The translations under genes were made by a program, and so were the position numbers. Shown here piece after piece: positions 8,002 through 15,426 of a stretch of 19,693 nt of DNA (the first letter of the stretch is position 1; each line of letters opens with the position of its first letter). The notes beneath the pieces were generated by a model, which made no database searches, was not told the DNA's origin, and saw only the letters and a list, made by a program, of their open reading frames with translations. The DNA is from a virus. Lineage: Duplodnaviria > Heunggongvirae > Uroviricota > Caudoviricetes. Where the stretch lies: the IMG/VR virus record IMGVR_UViG_2654587571_000007, one strand, 5' to 3'.

Positions 8002-10577
8002 CGCCTGCCTCCGGAAAAGACGCCGCCATCACGCATCTGCGCCTGAATCTCATCCTGCGCCCCCTTGCGGGCCATGTCATACACCGCCTTCATCAGCTGC
8101 GGCCCCGCCTGTCCGTTGGTGCCGTCGTTCTGAATCACCACGTGATTGTTCTGATTAAAACTAATGCCTTCCGCCCGCCGCATCTGCGCCGGACTTCCGG
8201 CACCGCCCACATAACCACCTTCCGCATACCCGCGCATCAGACGATACAGGTTGCCGACGCCAATCCGGCTGGTTGCCTCCTTCGTGAAGACAAACTCCCC
8301 GCGGTGGACAATACCGGCAGGTTCGTATTTGCCACCGGTTCCCGTAAATCCTCCGGTCGCGAAATGGAAGTTCGCCGCCGCAGCCTGAATGGCCGTCCCC
8401 GTGGAGGCAGACGCCCCACCACCGAAAGCACCACCCATGGCGCTGCCAATACTCCCGACAATCCCCACCATGGCCTGCTTCAGAAAAATCTCTGTCAGCA
8501 TGGAGAGCACAGAACGGGTGAAACCACGCCAGCTCTGTTCGCTGCCGGTCAGCATCGCTGCCATATTCTGTGCAATACCGTCAAAGGTCTGCGTGGCCAC
8601 GCTTTTAACCTGCGAAAAACTGTCCGTCGCACTTTCTGCCCACTCGCCCCAGCCGGACTTCAGACCGGCCATCCAGCTTCCACGAAGCTGCTCCTCCGCA
8701 GACCAGGTGTTCTTCAGTGCAGATGTGGCCTTCGCCAGCGCATCCGGATTATCACCGTACACGTCACGAAGGCGCTGCGATTCCGACTCCCGCTGTGCCT
8801 GACGGTCCGTCAGCCCCCGGGCTTTTGCGCTGATTGCAGCCTGCTTCGCACTCTGCTGCTGTTCAAACCGCACAGCCTGATTTGCCAGCTCATTCAGCCG
8901 TTTCTGGTATTCAACCTTGTCACCCAGGTCAGCCAGCTGGCGTTTGTACTCCAGCGTCTCTTGCTCATGGGCCAGCAGGGATTTCTCCTGTGCAGACAGC
9001 TGGCGACGTTGCGCCGCCTCCTCCAGTACCGCGAACTGACTCTCCGCCTTCCACAAATCCCGGCGCTGCTGGCTGATTTTCTCATTCGCTCCGCTGTGCT
9101 TCTCCAGCGTCCGGAGCTCGGTTTCAAGCGCCAGCAGCGCCGCATGCGTCAGGTCTTCCTGACGCTCACCGGCTGACACTTTAACACCTGACGACTTCGG
9201 CTTTTTCAGCGTCGATTCATAATCCTTTTTCGCCGCCGCCATCAGCGTGTTGTAATCCGCCTGCAGGATTTTCCCGTCTTTCAGGGCCTTATTCAGCTCT
9301 TCCTGCCGGTTAGTATATTTCTCCAGCGGCGTCAGCAGACGCTCATACGCCTTCTGCGCCTCTCCGGTATACTTCAGCTGTGATGCGTCCCGTTCGGCCC
9401 GGTCCCTGGTAGCCAGTTCACCGGCTTTTTCCATATCCGACTGCAGCGTGGCCGCTGCCAGCCCCAGACGGGCATTTTCCCGGTCATTCCATGCGCCCTG
9501 AAGGTTGGCCCGGAAAGAAGAGGTTTTACCGCGGCGCTGGCTCCGGCTCTGGTACCACTGCCATTTTTTATCCGCCTCATCAAATGCCTTCTGCGCACTG
9601 GCGAGCATATCCGCTGAGGACTCAGGACGACCGATATCCAGAATGGCATCCCACATCGATTTGAATGCCTTCCCGGTTTTATCCGCCCAGGTCTCCAGTG
9701 TCCCCATGTTTTCTTTCAGGCGACGGGTCTGCTCATCAAAGCCTTTCGTGGCGATATCGTTCGCCGCCTGTAAGGCCCCGGCCTCATCACCGGAACGCTG
9801 CAGCTGCGCAACATACGCAATCTGCTCTGCCGTCACGTTACGGAACTGGCGCGCCATCGCAATCAGCCCCGACGTAGAGTCGGTGGTCAGTTTTCCGAAA
9901 GCCTCTGCAACCTTGTCCACCTCCACACCGGATGCAGAAGCAAAACGCGCGACACTCTGGTTGATGGCATCAAACTGTTCACCACCACGCACACCGGCAT
10001 TCACCAGGGCTGCCAGTGACTCACTCGCCTGGTTAAACGTCAGCCCTGCGGCCTGTCCGGCTCTGGAGAGCGTCAGCATGCGATCGGCAGTCAGTCCGGA
10101 CTGATTACCGGAAAGAACCAGGGTTTTATTAAACGCTGAAAGCGTGGAATCCCCCTGGTACCAGGCGTACGCCAGCGCACCTGTCGCCACCGCCAGCGAG
10201 GTGACCCCGACCATCGGCAGGGTGATCGCACCGGCAAGCCCCCTGAACATGGGGATCATCCCGCCGAAGGAGTCCTTCACCTGACCGCCCTGTTGCAGCA
10301 GGATCAGCCAGGGATTCTGACCACCGGCAAGCTGCGTGGCGATATCCGTAAACTGTGCGGGCAGGGTTCGCATGGCCGCTTTATACTGCCCGACGGAAAT
10401 CCCGGCTTTTTGTGCAGCCAGCGCCTGGCGGCTCAGGCCCTGTTCAACAGCACTGGCGGTTTTTCTGGCGTCAGTCTCCAGTCCGGAAAAATGACGCCTT
10501 ACCCGGCTCATCTGCTCATCGAAACGGACCGCATCCAGACTCAGATCAATAACAAGATCACCAACCGGCTGGGACAT
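7998..10577 (-). CDS. H: Tail tape measure protein H
   Basis: 859-aa ORF (lambda gpH 853 aa). Long Ala/Gln-rich coiled-coil-like central region, hydrophobic Gly-rich segment (MVGIVGSIGSAMGGAFGGGASAS) and C-terminal ...GEFVFTKEATSRIGVGNLYRLMRGYA... all match lambda gpH from memory. Confidence 0.95.
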   Translation of the reverse strand: MSQPVGDLVIDLSLDAVRFDEQMSRVRRHFSGLETDARKTASAVEQGLSRQALAAQKAGISVGQYKAAMRTLPAQFTDIATQLAGGQNPWLILLQQGGQVKDSFGGMIPMFRGLAGAITLPMVGVTSLAVATGALAYAWYQGDSTLSAFNKTLVLSGNQSGLTADRMLTLSRAGQAAGLTFNQASESLAALVNAGVRGGEQFDAINQSVARFASASGVEVDKVAEAFGKLTTDSTSGLIAMARQFRNVTAEQIAYVAQLQRSGDEAGALQAANDIATKGFDEQTRRLKENMGTLETWADKTGKAFKSMWDAILDIGRPESSADMLASAQKAFDEADKKWQWYQSRSQRRGKTSSFRANLQGAWNDRENARLGLAAATLQSDMEKAGELATRDRAERDASQLKYTGEAQKAYERLLTPLEKYTNRQEELNKALKDGKILQADYNTLMAAAKKDYESTLKKPKSSGVKVSAGERQEDLTHAALLALETELRTLEKHSGANEKISQQRRDLWKAESQFAVLEEAAQRRQLSAQEKSLLAHEQETLEYKRQLADLGDKVEYQKRLNELANQAVRFEQQQSAKQAAISAKARGLTDRQAQRESESQRLRDVYGDNPDALAKATSALKNTWSAEEQLRGSWMAGLKSGWGEWAESATDSFSQVKSVATQTFDGIAQNMAAMLTGSEQSWRGFTRSVLSMLTEIFLKQAMVGIVGSIGSAMGGAFGGGASASTGTAIQAAAANFHFATGGFTGTGGKYEPAGIVHRGEFVFTKEATSRIGVGNLYRLMRGYAEGGYVGGAGSPAQMRRAEGISFNQNNHVVIQNDGTNGQAGPQLMKAVYDMARKGAQDEIQAQMRDGGVFSGGRR

Positions 10578-11429
10578 ATCTCACACCTCCCGGAATCCCC
10601 GCTGAAGCCATCATTAATGCGACATCATCCTCGCTGACATCCGCCACATCCGCAGACGATAAAATCTCACGCCCTCCGTCCCCACCAAACCGTACGCCTC
10701 CGGCAAGTCCTGCCGCTTTCTGCATCAGCATTTTTTCCTCATCCGGCATCTCCGTCTGCGCTTTCTCACGCCGGGGGGCAAGCAGACTGAAATCAGAGGG
10801 ATGCATATCCGGATCGCAAAAAAACAGGCTGAGTACAGCGTACGTCAGCCCGGAAAAATGCATATCCAGCTGGGTATCGTGAAAATAATGCATGCGGTAA
10901 AAATGTCGCCAGTCGGCATATTCGGTGGATGTCATCCCGGCAAGCATGGCGCGCCAGTCAGGCCTCCCCATCTCACGCGCCAGTCTGAGGGCAAAATTCA
11001 GCTCGCCGTCGAAGACTTTCCCGCAGAAAAATCATCATCAGTCAGCGCGTTATTTTTCGCCACTTCGGTAATATCCGTATCCACATGAACAGGCCCGCTC
11101 ATCCCGGACAGACGCAACACCACATCTTCCGCCCGGGCAATGGCATCAGCAGGCCAGGTGGTCAGGACTTCCTGCTCAATCTGCATCACAGCCTCATTCA
11201 TTGACGGTGACCCCGTTTTCTGCGGATGGTTATGCCACAGGGACATCGCCACCAGAAACGCGCCGGTTCTGACGAGATCTTCCACGCTTACCTGCAGGTT
11301 GCCGCTGGATTCTGCCTGTTCTGCACGCCGTTTCAGGAGGGCAAGATGCTCAATACGCTGCAGCGCAGACAATTCGGAAAGCGTGACAGACACACCGTTA
11401 TATTCAAATTGTTCTGTTTTCAGAAACAT
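10558..11429 (-). CDS. Tail assembly chaperone G-T fusion, produced by -1 programmed ribosomal frameshift (G frame 11429 to the slippery site, then the -1 frame to the stop at 10558)
   Basis: Slippery heptamer G GGA AAG on the minus strand (plus 11016-11022) sits 6 codons before the G stop. After a -1 slip the frame continues GKVFDGELNFALRLAREMGRPDW... into the T ORF (track ORF 10558..10971). Same arrangement as lambda G/G-T. Confidence 0.8.
10998..11429 (-). CDS. G: Tail assembly chaperone G
   Basis: 143-aa ORF MFLKTEQFEYNGVSVTLSELSALQRIEHLALLKR... matches lambda gpG (140 aa) from memory; located between V and H. Confidence 0.9.
   Translation of the reverse strand: MFLKTEQFEYNGVSVTLSELSALQRIEHLALLKRRAEQAESSGNLQVSVEDLVRTGAFLVAMSLWHNHPQKTGSPSMNEAVMQIEQEVLTTWPADAIARAEDVVLRLSGMSGPVHVDTDITEVAKNNALTDDDFSAGKSSTAS
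11016..11022 (-). other. -1 programmed ribosomal frameshift slippery site GGGAAAG (G to G-T)
   Basis: Plus strand CTTTCCC = minus strand GGGAAAG, in the G frame as GCG GGA AAG; identical heptamer to the lambda G-T slip site. Confidence 0.85.
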
Positions 11430-11442
11430 GTATGACCTCCGT

Positions 11443-12195
11443 TTACCCTGCAGCGCCTGCTTCAGTAACGGTGACTTCAGCTACCGTGGCAAACTGACCA
11501 TTACCGGAAATCACGGGGATACTCACTTTTCCAGCCTTAACCCCCGTCACAGTGATCACCATATCTTTCACAGCAATGGTTCCCGTTGACGGATCGGCGG
11601 AAACCGCTCTGAACGTCTTGTCGGTTGCACTTTCCGGCTCAAAAGAAACAGTCAGGGTGGTTGTTTTTCCTTTTTCCACGGTACCGGATGTCGGTGTCAC
11701 CTTAATTGCAGTGGCCGGCGTAATTTCGCTGCGTTCTTCCGCCACGGAAGGTTTACCCACGTTGGTCACTTTCACCGTACGGGTGATCACTTCCTTCGCC
11801 GTTACGGCCTTACCGATACTGCTGACCCAGCCACGGAACACATCCACCGTGCCGTTCGGGAAACGGATTTTATAGGCCCGCACATCCCCGCTTTCAAACC
11901 AGCCTATAAGCCCTTTCTGACCTTCTTCTCCCGGTTTCCAGGCCAGCGTAAAACTGGTATCTCCTGCAGACTTCTGCCCCTGCCCGGTCGCGCTCCAGTC
12001 CGCGTCTTCATCATCCAGGTAGTTATCATCGTAGGATTCTGCCGTCATCTCGCCCGGCGTCAGATCCTTCACCTTAGCCAGTCGCTGCCAGTCATCATCT
12101 GACAACGGGTTTGCATAAGCATCACCCTTGCCGGTGTAAACCCACAGAGTGGTACCGGCACCTTTTACCGGCGCCAGGGGATTTGGTGTTGGCAT
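11443..12195 (-). CDS. V: Major tail tube protein V with C-terminal Ig-like domain
   Basis: 250-aa ORF (lambda gpV 246 aa); N-terminus [50 protein letters not shown] matches from memory; Thr/Val-rich C-terminal ~90 aa typical of the Ig-like extension. Confidence 0.95.
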   Translation of the reverse strand: MPTPNPLAPVKGAGTTLWVYTGKGDAYANPLSDDDWQRLAKVKDLTPGEMTAESYDDNYLDDEDADWSATGQGQKSAGDTSFTLAWKPGEEGQKGLIGWFESGDVRAYKIRFPNGTVDVFRGWVSSIGKAVTAKEVITRTVKVTNVGKPSVAEERSEITPATAIKVTPTSGTVEKGKTTTLTVSFEPESATDKTFRAVSADPSTGTIAVKDMVITVTGVKAGKVSIPVISGNGQFATVAEVTVTEAGAAG

Positions 12196-12202
12196 ATCGT
12201 CC

Positions 12203-12598
12203 TCACATCTCGTATGTAATGGAATAAGTCAAATCTGCAGAGCTCCATAACGCCATATCGTCATCACGACGATAGTCATAGCCCTGCTGAACCATCGTGG
12301 TAATCATCCCTGCCAGTGCAGGGATCGCGGACATCGCCGGATAAATCCGGGACTCCATCCACGAATCCAGCTCTGAATCCGGCACCTGAGCAGGCAGGAA
12401 AACTTCAATATGCAGTGTGGCCCGCCAGGTATCCGCATCCAGCTCTTCACCGGTATACTCTGCATCCGTCAGATAAACCGCGACCGCGGGAAAATCCTCT
12501 TCGTCAAAAACAACGGGGCGACCATCAAACAGCGTCGCCCCGTGTTCATGCAGCTCCAGTGCATCCAGCACTGCAGCACGGATATCAGTATGTTTCAT
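12203..12598 (-). CDS. U: Tail terminator protein U
   Basis: 131-aa ORF, same length as lambda gpU; [15 protein letters not shown]...[10 protein letters not shown] matches from memory; start overlaps the Z stop (ATGA). Confidence 0.93.
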   Translation of the reverse strand: MKHTDIRAAVLDALELHEHGATLFDGRPVVFDEEDFPAVAVYLTDAEYTGEELDADTWRATLHIEVFLPAQVPDSELDSWMESRIYPAMSAIPALAGMITTMVQQGYDYRRDDDMALWSSADLTYSITYEM

Positions 12599-13170
12599 CG
12601 TTTTATCGCAATCCTCAGTTGTTGTTTCAGCGCATATGCCAGTTCTCCGGGCAGGCGTTCACGCCGGATACGGTCAACGTTTTCATCAAACGCCTGTTTC
12701 AGTGGGGCCGCCATCGGAATTTTAACCACCTGAATGGGAAGACGATTACGCTTTTTCCTTCCTTTATCGTCATTGCCCTTCGCATACCGGGCTTCTGGCA
12801 AACGTTGCATAACATGCCAGCGCCCATTATTTAATCGCTGGATGAATGCCCGCTGATAACGATGCTGACCGGCTTTAAGTATGCTGTTCGGACGATGACC
12901 AAGCATCCTGATCCCCAGCTTAATAGCAGGGAGATCACCGCGGTTAACGATAATTCTGGCATTCGGATTTCTGACCGTCGCCCGTTTCAGTCTGGACCGT
13001 TCCTTTACCAGTTTCCGGCTCACCCTGGTCTCCCGGGCAACCTGTGATGAAGACTGATTAATCGCCGTTGTAGCCACGCGGTTAATAGCCATTGCTGAAG
13101 CCGACGGAATGGCGTTTTTACGAACCCGGCTCAGATTTTCAATCGCCTGATCAAGCCCTTTTATCGCCAT
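12595..13170 (-). CDS. Z: Tail completion protein Z
   Basis: 191-aa ORF (lambda gpZ 192 aa); MAIKGLDQAIENLSR... and C-terminal ...[25 protein letters not shown] match from memory. Confidence 0.9.
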   Translation of the reverse strand: MAIKGLDQAIENLSRVRKNAIPSASAMAINRVATTAINQSSSQVARETRVSRKLVKERSRLKRATVRNPNARIIVNRGDLPAIKLGIRMLGHRPNSILKAGQHRYQRAFIQRLNNGRWHVMQRLPEARYAKGNDDKGRKKRNRLPIQVVKIPMAAPLKQAFDENVDRIRRERLPGELAYALKQQLRIAIKR

Positions 13171-13184
13171 AATTCACCCTGCGT

Positions 13185-13538
13185 TTATCGTCGCCGGTTA
13201 ACTGCGGGTGGTTGCCCACGGTTCAGCCAGAGATAACAACTGCCCCCGTCATCCGGAGAAACACGATCCACCCAGAACGTCTCACCATTAATGGTCAACG
13301 TGTCACCACGCCGCACGGCACGAACCGTATCCGTCCGCACAAATAATGACGGGCTGCTTCCTTCAATACGGATCCCACTACTGGCAAACCCCAGCGACTC
13401 CGGATCGTCAAAAACCCCCTGAACTTCGCCGCCACGCTGTGCACCGGAGGTGAACTGCGCACTGATGCCCATCACTTCAACAATCGTACTGTCCACCCCG
13501 GCAAGGGCGGCATCAAAGGCATTCTGAAAATCACGCAT
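13185..13538 (-). CDS. FII: Head-tail joining protein FII
   Basis: Track ORF 13185..13574; I place the start at the third Met (MRDFQNAFDAALAGV..., ATG at 13538-13536), which aligns with the lambda gpFII N-terminus and overlaps the FI stop by 8 nt. C-terminal ...FWVDRVSPDDGGSCYLWLNRGQPPAVNRRR matches lambda FII. Confidence 0.85.
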   Translation of the reverse strand: MRDFQNAFDAALAGVDSTIVEVMGISAQFTSGAQRGGEVQGVFDDPESLGFASSGIRIEGSSPSLFVRTDTVRAVRRGDTLTINGETFWVDRVSPDDGGSCYLWLNRGQPPAVNRRR

Positions 13539-13905
13539 AAACAGCCATTCCACCATCAACGTGTGTTTTTGCATCTGAGGACATAATCAGAATCACCCGA
13601 CCAACATCCGCAAGCTCAACGGATTCCCCCGTTTCACCATCAACGCCACAGAGATGGAGGCAGGTCAGAACTCTGATGCGCGTTAACGCGCCGGATGTTT
13701 CCTCACGAACATCATGAGCCGCGTTTTCCCTCTCCCGGATATCCATATTCATAACCTGTACATCATCGCCGGATGACTGCATTTCCTCTTCCCATTCTGC
13801 CACCCGCTGCGCTATCTCTGCGGCACTCCCGGATATATCCGGCTCACGCCCCAGAATCAGGGCCAGTTCATCAAGCCGTTTCAGATTTTGCTCTTTCGTT
13901 GCCAT
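13531..13905 (-). CDS. FI: DNA-packaging / head assembly protein FI-like
   Basis: Track ORF 13531..13953; I place the start at MATKEQNLKRLDELALILGR... (ATG at 13905-13903), preceded by RBS GGGGGATGAT. The N-terminal region resembles lambda gpFI in pattern; the C-terminal half is divergent. Position between E and FII fits. Confidence 0.7.
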   Translation of the reverse strand: MATKEQNLKRLDELALILGREPDISGSAAEIAQRVAEWEEEMQSSGDDVQVMNMDIRERENAAHDVREETSGALTRIRVLTCLHLCGVDGETGESVELADVGRVILIMSSDAKTHVDGGMAVYA

Positions 13906-13956
13906 ATCATCCCCCTGTGAAAAAAGACACGGGGGCATTTCGCCCCCGCTCACGGA

Positions 13957-14985
13957 TTATTTCACCTGTACCACCACAAACTCATCCGGGTCCGGCAACA
14001 CCATCAGCGGCGCGGACTGCGTCATGGTAAATTCACGGGCGGGATCCCCCACCGTCAGCCAGTGTTTCGGATAACGGGAAGAGGCCACCACACCTTCGGA
14101 CAACGCCTGCGCATCCTGAATGGCACCATAGCAACGAATGCCCTCTGCTGCCGTATTCCCCAGGACCAGCGAGCCCTCAGGCAGATAACGTTTTTCGGTA
14201 CCGTCCTCTGCCACATAAGACGTTTTTGCCACCACAATGGCCAGATCGCCGTAATACCCTTTGAAGGACACCACCGCGCCCAGGTCTTTCACCGCTGTTT
14301 CGAGTTGAGAATTTGAACCGCGACGGGTATCCAGTTTTTCGCGGAACAATTTAAAGCCATTCAGCAGACGCCAGACGGTACCGTCCATAATGGCAATATT
14401 CACAAGACCGCTGGCCTGGTCGCAGTAGAGGTCAAGATCATGTGTAGGATCGAACGTGTCACGATCCTGTTTTGACCACTCCTTACCACTACCCTGAGTG
14501 ATGTTATTCTTCGTCGACCTGCCAAAATCGACCTCAATTTTCTCGAACTGGTCTCCTTCCATCGTGTATTTGCCATACAGCACGGCATTCACCGCCTGCA
14601 TTTCTTCCACCTGGACAATGGCGTGCTCTTCCTGTTTGAGGTTATCAGTGATGATACGCAGACGACGGTAGGCCGGGTCGTTCAGCTGAGCCGGATCTTC
14701 ACCGGGAAGACGCTCAACCGCCTGCTGGTAATTAAATTCGTGTTTCGGCTTGACGTAGCCCGGACGTAACACGCGGGTTTCACCACCACGATGACGCAGC
14801 ACTTTTCCTTCAACAACCGGGGAAACATAGGCCGCCACCGGCGTTTTTCCGGTAATTTTGTCCAGCATCACCTCTTCGGTATGGAAATTCACCGTACGGC
14901 GGAAAAACAGCTCCAGAAACAGCGCACGAAATTTCACTTTTTGTTCGGTATAACCGAGTAACTGGCGGGTCGTAAACAATCCCAT
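13957..14985 (-). CDS. E: Major capsid protein E
   Basis: 342-aa ORF (lambda gpE 341 aa); ...PGYVKPKHE..., ...AYRRLRII..., ...QVEEMQAVNAVLYGKYTM..., ...KEKLDTRRGSNS.LETAVKDLG..., ...GDPAREFTMTQSAPLMVLPDPDEFVVVQ... match lambda gpE from memory; RBS AAGGA. Confidence 0.95.
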   Translation of the reverse strand: MGLFTTRQLLGYTEQKVKFRALFLELFFRRTVNFHTEEVMLDKITGKTPVAAYVSPVVEGKVLRHRGGETRVLRPGYVKPKHEFNYQQAVERLPGEDPAQLNDPAYRRLRIITDNLKQEEHAIVQVEEMQAVNAVLYGKYTMEGDQFEKIEVDFGRSTKNNITQGSGKEWSKQDRDTFDPTHDLDLYCDQASGLVNIAIMDGTVWRLLNGFKLFREKLDTRRGSNSQLETAVKDLGAVVSFKGYYGDLAIVVAKTSYVAEDGTEKRYLPEGSLVLGNTAAEGIRCYGAIQDAQALSEGVVASSRYPKHWLTVGDPAREFTMTQSAPLMVLPDPDEFVVVQVK

Positions 14986-15013
14986 AAATCAGTTCCTTTC
15001 ATTCAGAAATCAG

Positions 15014-15035
15014 TCAGGCCACCGCGGTGGCCTGA
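15014..15035 (-). promoter_or_regulatory. Perfect 22-bp palindrome (mRNA hairpin) in the D-E intergenic region
   Basis: TCAGGCCACCG|CGGTGGCCTGA is its own reverse complement; 8 nt after the D stop and ~30 nt before the E RBS. Confidence 0.4.
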
Positions 15036-15042
15036 TAACGTG

Positions 15043-15390
15043 TTACGGCAGCGCCGCGTGACTCAGGGCACTGCCGGCAAAGGCATTTGCCTTTTTGTGT
15101 TCATCCACACTGTCAGGCCAGCGGATTGCCTCCGTCGCAAAGGTCCCCGACTTGTAATACGTCAGTACCGTCTCTGTGCCTTCAAGCGGCAGTACCAGTA
15201 TGCCAACCGCACTACCGGCTTTCTGTCCGTCCCAGACCACCAGTTTCCCGGTAGCTTCATCCAGCATCAGGGGCGTCAGTGCCGGTGTTGCCGAGGAAAT
15301 CCCGCTGCTGCCTGTGGCGGTATGAGCCGGATCATTACCGGCAAAAATACGTACTTCCGCACGCTGTTCAGTGATGGTTTTCGTTACCAT
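15043..15390 (-). CDS. D: Head decoration protein D
   Basis: 115-aa ORF (lambda gpD 110 aa); ...NDPAHTAT..., ...TPLMLD...KLV.WDG...A.VGIL..., ...YKSGTF... match lambda gpD from memory; strong RBS AGGAGG. Confidence 0.9.
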   Translation of the reverse strand: MVTKTITEQRAEVRIFAGNDPAHTATGSSGISSATPALTPLMLDEATGKLVVWDGQKAGSAVGILVLPLEGTETVLTYYKSGTFATEAIRWPDSVDEHKKANAFAGSALSHAALP

Positions 15391-15426
15391 ATTGTAAAAA
15401 CCTCCTGTTGATGGTCAGCACTGACT

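Noticed and set aside
7728-9176. 482-aa plus-strand ORF antisense to H
   Set aside because: Fully nested in the reverse strand of the tape measure gene; Arg/Leu/Pro-rich low-complexity translation; no independent support.
10558-10971. T as an independent gene starting at Met (MGRPDW...)
   Set aside because: No convincing RBS; the conserved GGGAAAG slip site and open -1 frame show it is expressed as the C-terminal part of G-T, as in lambda.
12316-12834. 172-aa and 107-aa plus-strand ORFs antisense to U and Z
   Set aside because: Antisense to two well-supported, tightly coupled tail genes; no motifs.
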